The notes below the pieces were generated by a model. That model saw only the letters and a list, made by a program, of their open reading frames with translations, ran no database searches and was not told the origin of the DNA. Shown here in pieces: positions 28,004-37,434 of a stretch of 64,000 nucleotides of DNA. Numbering within the stretch: position 1 is the first letter of the stretch; the number at the start of each line of letters is the position of its first letter. The stretch covers positions 1 through 64,000 of the forward strand of contig CAZDZV010000003.1 of NCBI GenBank assembly GCA_964510025.1, given 5' to 3'. Origin of the DNA: an uncultured Methanosarcinales archaeon (lineage in GTDB: Archaea; Nanobdellota; Nanobdellia; Woesearchaeales; DATDXC01). The translations under genes and the position numbers were made by a program.

Positions 28004-28829
28004 TCAGTTTCTGCCGCATTATATAATATATTGAAGCCAGTATCAAGAGTCCACCAAGGATAAAGTTTACGGTCAGGGTTTCGCCTAAGAATACCACACC
28101 CCACAGATTTGAAAGCACAACAGTTGTTAAGGAGATTGTGCTTCCCTTTGAGGCTGTGCAAAATTTGTACGCATAGGTCATGGTAATCTGGCCAGCTATG
28201 GAGAAAAATGCCATCAAGCAGAGTAGGAGAAAAAGGCCAAAGGAAGGCATTTTGAAATTAGATGCCGCCACAGGGCTAACCAACAATGTGCCGAATATAC
28301 CCAATGAGTAGAGTATTATCCAGGAATTATCGGTTTTTCTGGCCTGCTTTATGTATACAATTGCAAACCCAGCTGCTATACCCCCTATTATGCCAAGGAT
28401 ATCCCCTGTAAAAAATTCACCTATATCAACCCCAGTGACAACGATCAGCCCTATTATCGCTATGACCAAAGCAAACAGCGTATTTTTGCCTATCCTTTCC
28501 TTTAGCATAAAATGAGACAGGATAGTTGCAGATATCGGGAATGTATAGGTGAGCAGAACTGCCCTTCCAAGGGGTATGTAAGAAAAGGAGACAAAGTAGA
28601 GTGTCATGGCGATTCCACCAAATATCCCCCTTAAGATAAGCGCTTTCCTGTTGACTATTCTGATTTTTACTCTCTTCACTAAAATTAAAAATGATATAAA
28701 CAAGAAAGTCATCAGAAAACGGTAAAAAACAACAACAGAGCCATGCAAAGAACCTGTGGCCATTTTTGCAAGCAAAGCCATGAAGCTGTAGAAAACAGTG
28801 CTTATGAACATGATAAATGCTCCGTTCAT
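27987..28829 (-). CDS. DMT/EamA-family transporter
   Basis: Ten TMs in two EamA repeats; LKER and LGE motifs. Confidence 0.9.
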   Translation of the reverse strand: MNGAFIMFISTVFYSFMALLAKMATGSLHGSVVVFYRFLMTFLFISFLILVKRVKIRIVNRKALILRGIFGGIAMTLYFVSFSYIPLGRAVLLTYTFPISATILSHFMLKERIGKNTLFALVIAIIGLIVVTGVDIGEFFTGDILGIIGGIAAGFAIVYIKQARKTDNSWIILYSLGIFGTLLVSPVAASNFKMPSFGLFLLLCLMAFFSIAGQITMTYAYKFCTASKGSTISLTTVVLSNLWGVVFLGETLTVNFILGGLLILASIYYIMRQKLIIPED

Positions 28830-28901
28830 TCGCAAATCAGGATTGCCAGGAGTATTTAAATATTTACAGTAAAGTTTTTAAATAAAATCCTATTCTTATC
28901 A

Positions 28902-29016
28902 GCTGGACGGTCATAGGGGCCTGGTCCTACCTGTTCCCATTTCGAACACAGAAGTCAAGCAGGTCTCCGTTTCTGGCTGTACTGCCTTATGCGGGAAACC
29001 AGAAAAGCTGTCCGCC
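28902..29016 (+). rRNA. rrf: 5S rRNA, stand-alone
   Basis: GGACGG/CTGTCC helix I; CCTGTTCCCATTTCGAACACAGAAGTCAAG signature; TTTCTGG/CCAGAAA helix V; own TTTAAATA promoter and T-tract terminator. Confidence 0.93.
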
Positions 29017-29061
29017 TTTTTTCATAATCTTTTTAAAGAAAGCAGCTTTCTTTTTGATTCT

Positions 29062-30363
29062 ATGAAAATAACAGTTATAGGCACTGGTTATGTAGGCCTG
29101 GTAGTGGGAACATGTATGGCTGATATGGGTAATGATGTTATATGTGTTGATGTTGATGATTCTAAGATAAGCAAACTTAAGAAAGGCATACCTACGATAT
29201 ATGAGATTGGATTAGAGGAGCTGCTGAAAAAGAATATCGGGGAAAACAGAATATCCTTCACAGATGATATCAGGTCAGGTATACAAAAATCTGACGTCAT
29301 CTTTCTGGCGGTAGGCACTCCGTCGCTTGAGGATGGAAATGCAGACCTGTCTTATATAGAAGATGCAGCAAGGGAAATTGCAAGGCATATCAACGGCTAT
29401 AAGGTTGTCGCTACAAAAAGCACAGTGCCGGTTGGAACAGGAAAGAGGATAAAGAAGATTATCAAGCAGCAAAACAGAGATGCCGACTTCGATGTCGTCT
29501 CCAATCCTGAATTTCTTAGGGAAGGCAAGGCTATCAAGGATTTTATGAATCCATACCGGATTATTATCGGATCGGATTCTGAGAAGGCAAAGCGGATCAT
29601 GCTGTCCATCTACAAAAGCATGGAGAGAGTAGGAAGACCGATTCTTATAACTAATCTGGAGACTGCTGAACTTATCAAATATGCGAGCAATGCAATGCTA
29701 GCCACAAGAATATCTTTTATGAACCAATTAAGCTGCCTTTGTGAAGCAGTAGGTGCAGATATTAAGACAGTCGCGATAGGCCTCGGCCAGGATCCACGAA
29801 TAGGGCCAAGGTTTCTGCAAGCAGGTGTGGGGTACGGGGGCAGCTGTTTCCCTAAGGATGTAAAAGCGCTTAAGGCCCGTTTGCAGGAAGAAGGATGCTG
29901 TTCTGAACTGCTTGAAGCGGTAGAAAACATAAACAGCAGGCAGAAACTTGTAGCAGTAGAGAAACTTAAAAAAATAATTCCTGACCTGCACAACAAGAAG
30001 GTTGCCGTATGGGGCATAGCTTTCAAGCCAAACACGGACGATATTCGAGAAGCGCCTTCTGTAGTGATAATAAAAGAGCTGCAAAAGTCCGGAGTTAAAA
30101 TAAAGGCGTTCGATCCAATTGCTGCCAAAGAGTCAAAAAAGATACTGAAAAATATTGAATATGCTGAGAATCCTTATGATGTAGTAAAGGGTTGCGATGC
30201 CCTGATTATCGTAACTGAGTGGAATGAATTCAGGGATTTAGATAAAGAAAAGGTAAGGAAGCTTATGCGACAACCTATAATCATCGATGGGCGGAACATC
30301 TATGAACCTGATGATATGGGGGGCTTTAACTACCATGGGATCGGAAGGGGGTGTGACAAATAA
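29062..30363 (+). CDS. ugd: UDP-glucose/GDP-mannose 6-dehydrogenase
   Basis: GTGYVG, KSTVPVGT, SNPEFLREG, GYGGSCFPKD, FKPNTDDIRE. Confidence 0.95.
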   Translation: MKITVIGTGYVGLVVGTCMADMGNDVICVDVDDSKISKLKKGIPTIYEIGLEELLKKNIGENRISFTDDIRSGIQKSDVIFLAVGTPSLEDGNADLSYIEDAAREIARHINGYKVVATKSTVPVGTGKRIKKIIKQQNRDADFDVVSNPEFLREGKAIKDFMNPYRIIIGSDSEKAKRIMLSIYKSMERVGRPILITNLETAELIKYASNAMLATRISFMNQLSCLCEAVGADIKTVAIGLGQDPRIGPRFLQAGVGYGGSCFPKDVKALKARLQEEGCCSELLEAVENINSRQKLVAVEKLKKIIPDLHNKKVAVWGIAFKPNTDDIREAPSVVIIKELQKSGVKIKAFDPIAAKESKKILKNIEYAENPYDVVKGCDALIIVTEWNEFRDLDKEKVRKLMRQPIIIDGRNIYEPDDMGGFNYHGIGRGCDK

Positions 30364-31094
30364 AAGCGATTATTTTGGCAGCAGGATATGCAACAAGACT
30401 TTACCCATTGACCCTGGACCGTCCCAAGCCACTGCTGGAAGTGGCAGGCAAACCAATAGTTGAGCACATAGTCAGAAAGATAGAAGAGATTGATGAAATC
30501 GACAGAATATATATCGTTACCAACAATAAGTTTTTCAGTCATTTTTGTGAATGGAAGAGTGGATTTGAATCAGATAAAATCATAGAGGTAGTGAACGATA
30601 ATACGAAATCCAATGAGGATCGCTTAGGCTCATTAGGCGATATAAAGTATGCTATAAGACAGAAAAATATTGATGACGATATAGTTGTAGTTGCTGGAGA
30701 CAACTTATTTGAATTTGCCTTAAAGGGCATTCATGATATGTTCAAAGAAAAAGGCACCACGATAGTGGCCTTATATGATGTGCAGGATAAGGAACTGGCC
30801 AAGCAATACGGGATCGTACAGATCAATGATGAAAATAAGATGATAGATTTTGCTGAAAAGCCAGCCAAACCCAAATCAACTTTATCCTCTACCGGCATAT
30901 ATTTTTATCCAAAAAATGTCATCAACTATCTGATGGATTATGGGAGTGCTGGAGAAAACACTGATAAGGCAGGCAATTTTTTAGAGTGGCTGTACAGGAG
31001 AGAGGATGTATATTGCTTTGTTTCTGATAAAAAGTGGTTTGACATAGGTTCTAGAGAGCAGCTGGAAAAAGCAAAAAAAGAATTTAGAGCCTGA
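30360..31094 (+). CDS. sugar-1-phosphate nucleotidyltransferase; probable ATA start
   Basis: In frame from ATA at 30360 it reads (M)KAIILAAGYATRLYPLT..PKPLL; GDN, EKP, WFDIG. Confidence 0.9.
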   Translation: MKAIILAAGYATRLYPLTLDRPKPLLEVAGKPIVEHIVRKIEEIDEIDRIYIVTNNKFFSHFCEWKSGFESDKIIEVVNDNTKSNEDRLGSLGDIKYAIRQKNIDDDIVVVAGDNLFEFALKGIHDMFKEKGTTIVALYDVQDKELAKQYGIVQINDENKMIDFAEKPAKPKSTLSSTGIYFYPKNVINYLMDYGSAGENTDKAGNFLEWLYRREDVYCFVSDKKWFDIGSREQLEKAKKEFRA

Positions 31095-31103
31095 TTAATC
31101 ATT

Positions 31104-31129
31104 AAAAAGCCTTACATATACGGCTTTTT
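31104..31129 (+). terminator. hairpin/T-tract after the ugd operon
   Basis: AAAAAGCC-N10-GGCTTTTT. Confidence 0.5.
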
Positions 31130-31149
31130 GTTCTAAACTTTTGGAAATA

Positions 31150-31190
31150 TTTAAATATAATTTACTAGTATTACTAGTAAAAATGGTGAT
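31150..31190 (+). promoter_or_regulatory. TATA box, perfect 21-bp palindromic operator and SD upstream of the glutamine kinase fusion
   Basis: TTTAAATA (31150), TTTACTAGTA-T-TACTAGTAAA (31161-31181), GGTGAT (31185). Confidence 0.7.
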
Positions 31191-31195
31191 TTGAA

Positions 31196-34156
31196 ATGAA
31201 GATGGTTGTCTGGAAGAATAAATCAAATAATCAACTATGCGCAACGATCCCAAGTTCATCAGACATTAAGGAAGGAGATGTGGTTGAGATAGAAAAATCT
31301 TCGATCAGGAAAATTGCTTATAGCGGAGTTGTTGGTGACTTATTCCATTATGGGCATTTGCGATCGATACAGTATGCCAACTCTATATCTGATTACAATA
31401 TCTGCGGTGTCTTTACAGACAAAGCTGTTGAGGAATACAGGGTCAAGCCTATTGCCAACCTAAAAGAGAGGAAAGCTATCTATTCCGGACTTAAGTGTGT
31501 TGATAGGGTCATGGTGCAGCACAGCAGGGATCCTACTGATAACCTCAAAAGGATTCATGATGAATTCCCAGATGCAGAGATAATCTTGATACATGGCACA
31601 GATCTAAATTATGTTCACGGTTCTGAATATATCAAAAGCATAGGTGGGAGGATTGTGCAGCACCCTTACTATGGGAGGCTTTCGACATTCAAGATCATAA
31701 ATAAAATCATAGAAAACAGGGACAAATTCAAGGACCTGACTGATTTTGCATCACTGATACAGGGAAAGGCAAAAATTGACCCGGAGTATGAGCGGGGCAA
31801 CAAGACCATAATCTCAACAAAAGCAGAGACCCTTAAGGCTTTGAAGCCACTGCTGAAAAAATCTAGGATTGAAAATATACTGTCTTTCACAGTGTCAGAC
31901 TGGAAGAACAGGAAAGAGAAGATAATCAAGGGTATACAACAGAAATTCAGCGGCAAAATTATAGTAAGAAGCTCTGCAATCAATGAAGATAGCCTTGAGA
32001 CATCCATGGCAGGATGTTTTAAGAGCGTACTGGATGTAAATCCAGGTGATATGAAGCAAACTGAAAAAGCGATAAGAGAGGTTATCAATTCCTATAGAAG
32101 CCAGGTTTCAGAAAGTTCTTTCAACCAAGTTCTTGTGCAAGAACAAACTACAGATATTGCTATGAGTGGAGTAGCCTTTACAAGAACACTGGAAAGCAAC
32201 GCGCCTTATTACGTGATAAATTATGATGATTCAACAGGAAAGACAGACACTGTCACAAAGGGCATAGCAAACAAGACAATCAAGATATCCAGGTTTGCCA
32301 AGCAGATGCCTGAAAATATGAAAAAGATCCTGGAAGCAATAAAAGAAATCGAGGAAAAAATACCCAACATCGGGCTGGACATTGAGTTTGCCATAAATAA
32401 AAAAGGAGAGGTAATCATATTCCAGGCAAGACCCCTGGCTGGCAGCATACATGATGATGAAAAAGATGCTGAAATAGCAGGCAGAATCTCCTCGCTCAAG
32501 GCGAGGTTCCAGGAGCTTTCACGCAGAAAGAAGCATCTATGTGGAGATGAGAGCATTTTTGCTGATATGCCTGACTGGAATCCTGCTGAGATTATAGGAG
32601 ATAATCCAAACAGACTGGATTTTTCACTTTATGATTATATAATAACCGACAGCGCATGGCATAAAGCCAGATCATCGCAAGATTATTACAATGTTGATCC
32701 AGCGAAATTGGTTATACTTTTCGGAAACAAGCCATATATTGACGTAAGAAACAGTTTCAATTCCTTTACACCTAATTCAATTTCTCAGTTTCTCAGGGAA
32801 AAGCTGGTCTGCTTTTATTGCAACAAACTTAAGAAAAATCCTCAACTTCAGGATAAGGTCGAATTTGATATAGTATACAGCTGCTATGAGCTCGGTTTTG
32901 ATGAAAGAGCAAAAGAGTTGACGGAGGCAGGCTTTAGCAAACAGGATATCCACAAAATAAGGAACTCGCTGGTAGACCTAACAAACAACCTGGTCATGAA
33001 CTCAAAAGCCACCATAAGGAAAGACCTGGATTCACTTAAGGAAATGGAAGACAATCGAAAAAAAATATTCAACAAATACCCAGACGATGTTGTAGGGCTT
33101 CTCAACAATGCCAAATCGCTCCTTGATGACTGCAGAGACAAGGGCACAGTGCAATTTTCGCGGCTGGCTAGGCTAGCGTTCATTGGAAAAATATTGCTAC
33201 GGAGCCTCGTTAAGAAAGGGATTATCTCCAACCAAGCGTATGATGATTTCATGAATTCCATCAAAACAGTTGCTTCAGAGATAAATGAGCATTTCAGATT
33301 AATGACAGCAGGCGCCATGAGCAGAGAGGATTTCCTGAAAAGATACGCCCATCTGAGGCCAGGAACCTATGATATCACCAGCCAAAGGTATGATGCAAAT
33401 CCTGATCTTCTAAAGGCAATTAATTCAAAACATCTGGAGACAAAACAGATGCCTTTTGTTCTAGCTGGAGAAAAAAAGATAGATTCTATACTTAAGAAAG
33501 AGGGACTGAAATTCAATTCTTCTGAACTGTTTGAGTTTATAAGAGAAGCTCTGGAATCCAGGGAATACGCTAAATTCGAATTCACCAAAAATCTGAGCGA
33601 TGCCATCGAGCTTATAGCTTCAGCAGGAGAGAAGATGGGTTTTACAAGAAAGGAGCTTTCATTACTAGACATAGATGACCTGTTCTTTAGCAATATAACT
33701 AACAGAGATGAGCTCACCAGATATTGGCAGGGCCAGATAAACAAGAGAATGAAAGAGAGGGAAATAAACAACAGGCTGGTGCTGCCCCCAATTATCTTTT
33801 CAGATGAAGATTTTGACGTAATAAACTACTATCAGCCAAAACCAAATTATATCACACAAAAAAAGGTCAGAGCCGAGTTTGTCAGTCCAGAAGATATTTC
33901 ACGAATTGAAGGGAGGATAGTGCTGATAGAAAACGGTGATCCTGGATATGACTGGATATTTACAAGAAAGCCTGCAGGGCTGATAACTAAATACGGAGGG
34001 GTGGCTTCACATATGGCAATACGCTGCGCTGAGTTTGGGATACCGGCAGCTATCGGCTGCGGAGTACTGTTTGACCAACTTAAGAATTCAGATGGCGCTG
34101 TACTGGACTGCCACATGAAAAAAATAAATATGATAAAAGGTGATCTCAAGTGTTAG
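31196..34156 (+). CDS. fusion: AbrB-like domain + HxGH cytidylyltransferase + L-glutamine kinase (Cj1418-like, PEP-utilising/ATP-grasp)
   Basis: VWKNKSNNQLCATIP..DIKEGDVVEI; GDLFHYGH; TKAETL, IVRSSA..ED...SMAG, DIEFA, FQARP, MPDWNPAEIIG, HLRPGTYDI, DPGYDWIF; phospho-His motif GGVASHMAIRCAEFGIPAAIGCG. Confidence 0.88.
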   Translation: MKMVVWKNKSNNQLCATIPSSSDIKEGDVVEIEKSSIRKIAYSGVVGDLFHYGHLRSIQYANSISDYNICGVFTDKAVEEYRVKPIANLKERKAIYSGLKCVDRVMVQHSRDPTDNLKRIHDEFPDAEIILIHGTDLNYVHGSEYIKSIGGRIVQHPYYGRLSTFKIINKIIENRDKFKDLTDFASLIQGKAKIDPEYERGNKTIISTKAETLKALKPLLKKSRIENILSFTVSDWKNRKEKIIKGIQQKFSGKIIVRSSAINEDSLETSMAGCFKSVLDVNPGDMKQTEKAIREVINSYRSQVSESSFNQVLVQEQTTDIAMSGVAFTRTLESNAPYYVINYDDSTGKTDTVTKGIANKTIKISRFAKQMPENMKKILEAIKEIEEKIPNIGLDIEFAINKKGEVIIFQARPLAGSIHDDEKDAEIAGRISSLKARFQELSRRKKHLCGDESIFADMPDWNPAEIIGDNPNRLDFSLYDYIITDSAWHKARSSQDYYNVDPAKLVILFGNKPYIDVRNSFNSFTPNSISQFLREKLVCFYCNKLKKNPQLQDKVEFDIVYSCYELGFDERAKELTEAGFSKQDIHKIRNSLVDLTNNLVMNSKATIRKDLDSLKEMEDNRKKIFNKYPDDVVGLLNNAKSLLDDCRDKGTVQFSRLARLAFIGKILLRSLVKKGIISNQAYDDFMNSIKTVASEINEHFRLMTAGAMSREDFLKRYAHLRPGTYDITSQRYDANPDLLKAINSKHLETKQMPFVLAGEKKIDSILKKEGLKFNSSELFEFIREALESREYAKFEFTKNLSDAIELIASAGEKMGFTRKELSLLDIDDLFFSNITNRDELTRYWQGQINKRMKEREINNRLVLPPIIFSDEDFDVINYYQPKPNYITQKKVRAEFVSPEDISRIEGRIVLIENGDPGYDWIFTRKPAGLITKYGGVASHMAIRCAEFGIPAAIGCGVLFDQLKNSDGAVLDCHMKKINMIKGDLKC

Positions 34157-34806
34157 CAGCTATAAGCCAGAGAAATGATGTAAACAAGCATGGAGCCTCC
34201 TATGATAATCTAGAGGTAAATTATGTCAATTATTTTGAAAAATTTGGGATAAAGAGCATCCTAATTCCCAACTGTACAGATGATGTAGCAGGCTATATCA
34301 ATAAGCTACCCATCAGGGCAGTCATACTTACCGGCGGGAATGATATCGATCCAAGCCTGTTTGGAGCCAAATCCATGACAGGTCTTTCTGTTTCCAGGCA
34401 AAGAGATAAGACAGAGAGAGAATTATTACAAATAGCAACTAAAAAGAGAATTCCGGTTCTAGGCATATGCAGGGGCATGCAGTTTATGAACATTTTCTTT
34501 GGCGGCAAATTACGATTTGTCAAGGGGCATGTTGTGGAGAAACATAGTGTGGGCCTGACTGAGCCCGCATTAGAAGGAAAGATAAGCGTGAATTCTTATC
34601 ATAAATTAGGCATAACCTATGATGATCTGTGCAGAGATTTTAGAGCATTTGCTCAGTCTGATGACGGCATAATTGAAGGCATCTGTCATAAATCTTTACC
34701 CATAGCCGGCCTGCAATGGCATCCCGAAAGAAAATGCCCTAACAATGCAGTCAATGATAGGATAATGAAAGCCTTTGTTCAAAATAAGCTGTTCTGGAAA
34801 AAATGA
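34150..34806 (+). CDS. class I glutamine amidotransferase-like hydrolase (Cj1417-like gamma-glutamyl-CDP-amidate hydrolase)
   Basis: LTGGND, RD..E, GICRGMQ (catalytic Cys), VNSYH, QWHPE; overlaps the kinase stop. Confidence 0.88.
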   Translation: MLAAISQRNDVNKHGASYDNLEVNYVNYFEKFGIKSILIPNCTDDVAGYINKLPIRAVILTGGNDIDPSLFGAKSMTGLSVSRQRDKTERELLQIATKKRIPVLGICRGMQFMNIFFGGKLRFVKGHVVEKHSVGLTEPALEGKISVNSYHKLGITYDDLCRDFRAFAQSDDGIIEGICHKSLPIAGLQWHPERKCPNNAVNDRIMKAFVQNKLFWKK

Positions 34807-35597
34807 AGGCAATCATCTTAGCTGCGGGTATGGGGACAAGGCTGGGCAAATATACAAAAGACCTCCCAAAATGCATGCTTGAATTTGCCGGAAAGAGCCT
34901 TTTACAGCACCAGGTGGATGCACTAAAGGCTGCAGGTATCAATGATATAATCATTGTAAGGGGCTACAAGGCAGATAAAATTCAGATTCCTGGTGCAAGA
35001 TATTATTTGAATGAGCGATATGCAACCACAAATATGGTGGAAACGCTCTTTAAAGCAGAGCCTGAGATGGATGATGAAATCCTGGTCTGCTATGCTGATA
35101 TTATATATGAAGAAAAGGTTATAAAGAGGATATTGGCATCAGAAGCAGATATCGGGGTTGTAGTGGATATAGATTACTGGGATTACTGGAATAGGAGGCT
35201 TGATAATCCAGAAGAAGACACTGAAAGCCTTCTGGTTAGAGGGGGCAGGATCGTTGAACTAGGGGATACAAAATGCACTATGGATAAGGCTAAGGCCAGG
35301 TATGTCGGACTCATTAAATTTTCAAAAAAAGGAGTGGCAGCCTTAAAGCAGGTCTATCACTACAATAAGAAAAAATATTTTGATAGTGATGAGACCTGGC
35401 AAAGATCAAAATCATTCAAAAAAGCATATATGACATGTATGCTTCAAGCATTGATTGATGCAGGATATAAGGTGGAGCCTATCGAGATCAGCCACGGATG
35501 GCTTGAATTCGATACTGTTAAAGACTATGAGCTTTATGAGAAATGGCTGAAGGAGGGCACTCTGCATCAGTTCTTCTTAGTGAATAAATTTAAATAA
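34803..35597 (+). CDS. LicC/Cj1416-like cytidylyltransferase (putative CTP:phosphoglutamine cytidylyltransferase)
   Basis: MKAIILAAGMGTRL..YT.DLPKC, GY, N..Y.TTNM..TL, YADI, W.EFDT..DY. Confidence 0.87.
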   Translation: MKAIILAAGMGTRLGKYTKDLPKCMLEFAGKSLLQHQVDALKAAGINDIIIVRGYKADKIQIPGARYYLNERYATTNMVETLFKAEPEMDDEILVCYADIIYEEKVIKRILASEADIGVVVDIDYWDYWNRRLDNPEEDTESLLVRGGRIVELGDTKCTMDKAKARYVGLIKFSKKGVAALKQVYHYNKKKYFDSDETWQRSKSFKKAYMTCMLQALIDAGYKVEPIEISHGWLEFDTVKDYELYEKWLKEGTLHQFFLVNKFK

Positions 35598-35612
35598 CCC
35601 GCAATAAACCGA

Positions 35613-36512
35613 ATGATAATGATAGAGAATCTTGCTGTTATGATCTTCGGAAAGGATAACTATTATGGTCTGAATATCATTAACTCTCTAATTAAGAACA
35701 ATATGCCACCAAGAGCAATTCTTGTAGAAAAAAGGGTGCCCCTTAAAAAGAGAGCATTACATAATTATGTTCAGCTTTTTAGAAAAAAAGGACTGAAGGC
35801 GTGCATAAGGAGACTATTCAGGAGAGTCAGTGATATTCTGGTTATGCTGGGATTTCAAGAGAGCTGGGAATCCTACAATACATATAAGAAGGCTGAAAAG
35901 GATTTGAAAAATTTTAACCATGGTCTAAAATTTGAGGATTTTGATTTTAAGAAATACGGCATAGAGATAATATACTGCGGCAACAATTCTCAAGAAGCAA
36001 TAGACTATATAAATAAAAACAATATCGAAATAGTCATCGGAGCACCCAAAATAGTCTCAGGAAGAACTCTTGAGCTGTCAAAGGCTAAATTTGTCAATTC
36101 TCATCCAGGTTATCTCCCTTTTTTTCGGGGGAAAAATTCTGAAATATGGAGCGCTTACTACTTTATGAATCCGGGCGCAACCCTGCATTTTATGGATGCA
36201 GGTGTCGATACAGGGCCTATAATCGACAGAACATTCTATCCTTTTAAGGAATATGATAGTTGGGGGACCATCAGGCTGAAAGGAAAAGACAGATGCATAG
36301 ATTTGTACCTGAAACATATAAATAGCCTGTGCAAGGGGCAAATCAGGTGGGAAGATACTGCCAAACAGGATCGAGCTGTCGGAAAGATGACATCAGGCAT
36401 CAATATAAGAGAATATATCATTGCACGACAAAATCTTAAATCGATAAAAAGGATAATAAGAAAGCGGAGAGCATTAGGGATCAGGAATCCAGGAATGCTT
36501 ACGCCCAATTAA
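35613..36512 (+). CDS. N10-formyl-THF-dependent formyltransferase
   Basis: NSHPGYLPFFRG and GATLHFMDAGVDTGPI. Confidence 0.85.
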   Translation: MIMIENLAVMIFGKDNYYGLNIINSLIKNNMPPRAILVEKRVPLKKRALHNYVQLFRKKGLKACIRRLFRRVSDILVMLGFQESWESYNTYKKAEKDLKNFNHGLKFEDFDFKKYGIEIIYCGNNSQEAIDYINKNNIEIVIGAPKIVSGRTLELSKAKFVNSHPGYLPFFRGKNSEIWSAYYFMNPGATLHFMDAGVDTGPIIDRTFYPFKEYDSWGTIRLKGKDRCIDLYLKHINSLCKGQIRWEDTAKQDRAVGKMTSGINIREYIIARQNLKSIKRIIRKRRALGIRNPGMLTPN

Positions 36513-36513
36513 G

Positions 36514-37434
36514 CTATTTCTGCGCCAAAAAAATCACACAATTGCTTATTTTATGGATGCCAGGAAGCTTTTTCCTATCATCCATTTTCTGAAGGTAGAT
36601 ATCCAGCTTTTTGGCCATTTTGGGTGCCAGAGTTTTTATGGTTAGTGATAGGTAACCAGCGCCGCCTGATCTTACTATCTTCAATCCGCTTTTTTCGATC
36701 AACCTTTTCAATCTTGAAAAAGAATATGCATTCTTTTTCACTAAGCCCCGTTTCTTGTGTGCACTTAGTTTTTGGTATTTTCTTTTCATGGTCTTTGAAA
36801 AAACAGCTCCAATCTTGGTTACAGCCAACCCCATATAAATAAACCATGTATCCTGCCATCTTAATTCATATCTGCTGTTTGTCAAAATATATACCAGATT
36901 TCTAGGCCACTTCTGCGGGGCATCCAGGCTGCTTATGCCATACATATTTCTTTGAGATATAATGAAATAACCGCCAGGCCTGAGTACCCTTTTCACTTCT
37001 TTAAGGCATCTCATGGGATATTGCAGGTAGTGAAGGAATCCCAATCCAATAACACAATCAAAACTATTATCCTGAAAATCTAGCTTTTCTGCATTACCTA
37101 TCAAGAACCGGAATTTAGCCTTGTTCGATCTTTTTTTAACTCTTTTACAGTTTTGTACTGCTAATCCATGCAGGTCTTCGGATATGTCAATTCCTGTTAT
37201 GTTGAAGCCCCTTCTATAGATCTTCGCAGAAGTAACTCCAGCACCGTAGCCAAGCTCCAGTATCTTGGATCCCTTGCCTAAGTTTAGATCATCAAGGTAT
37301 TCTAAGGCTTTTTGCTCCCTTTCCTGCAACCTGATTCCCAGAAATGTGTCTTCTTTGTAGTAGTCAGCCCACCTTTTATAGTTCTTATCCTGATTCCATT
37401 TCTTTTTGACCTGATTAAGTTGATCGTATTTCAT
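36514..37434 (-). CDS. class I SAM-dependent methyltransferase
   Basis: ILELGYGAG, GIDIS, GNAEKL.F.DNSFD, RVLRPGG. Confidence 0.92.
   Translation of the reverse strand: MKYDQLNQVKKKWNQDKNYKRWADYYKEDTFLGIRLQEREQKALEYLDDLNLGKGSKILELGYGAGVTSAKIYRRGFNITGIDISEDLHGLAVQNCKRVKKRSNKAKFRFLIGNAEKLDFQDNSFDCVIGLGFLHYLQYPMRCLKEVKRVLRPGGYFIISQRNMYGISSLDAPQKWPRNLVYILTNSRYELRWQDTWFIYMGLAVTKIGAVFSKTMKRKYQKLSAHKKRGLVKKNAYSFSRLKRLIEKSGLKIVRSGGAGYLSLTIKTLAPKMAKKLDIYLQKMDDRKKLPGIHKISNCVIFLAQK

Noticed and set aside
31196..35597. Phosphonate, phosphocholine or PEP-synthase interpretation of the cluster
   Set aside because: No PEP mutase, phosphonopyruvate decarboxylase or choline kinase is visible. The kinase lacks a PEP-binding barrel, has a C-terminal phospho-His domain with MPDWNPAE, and is paired with a GATase as in the Cj1418/1417/1416 set.
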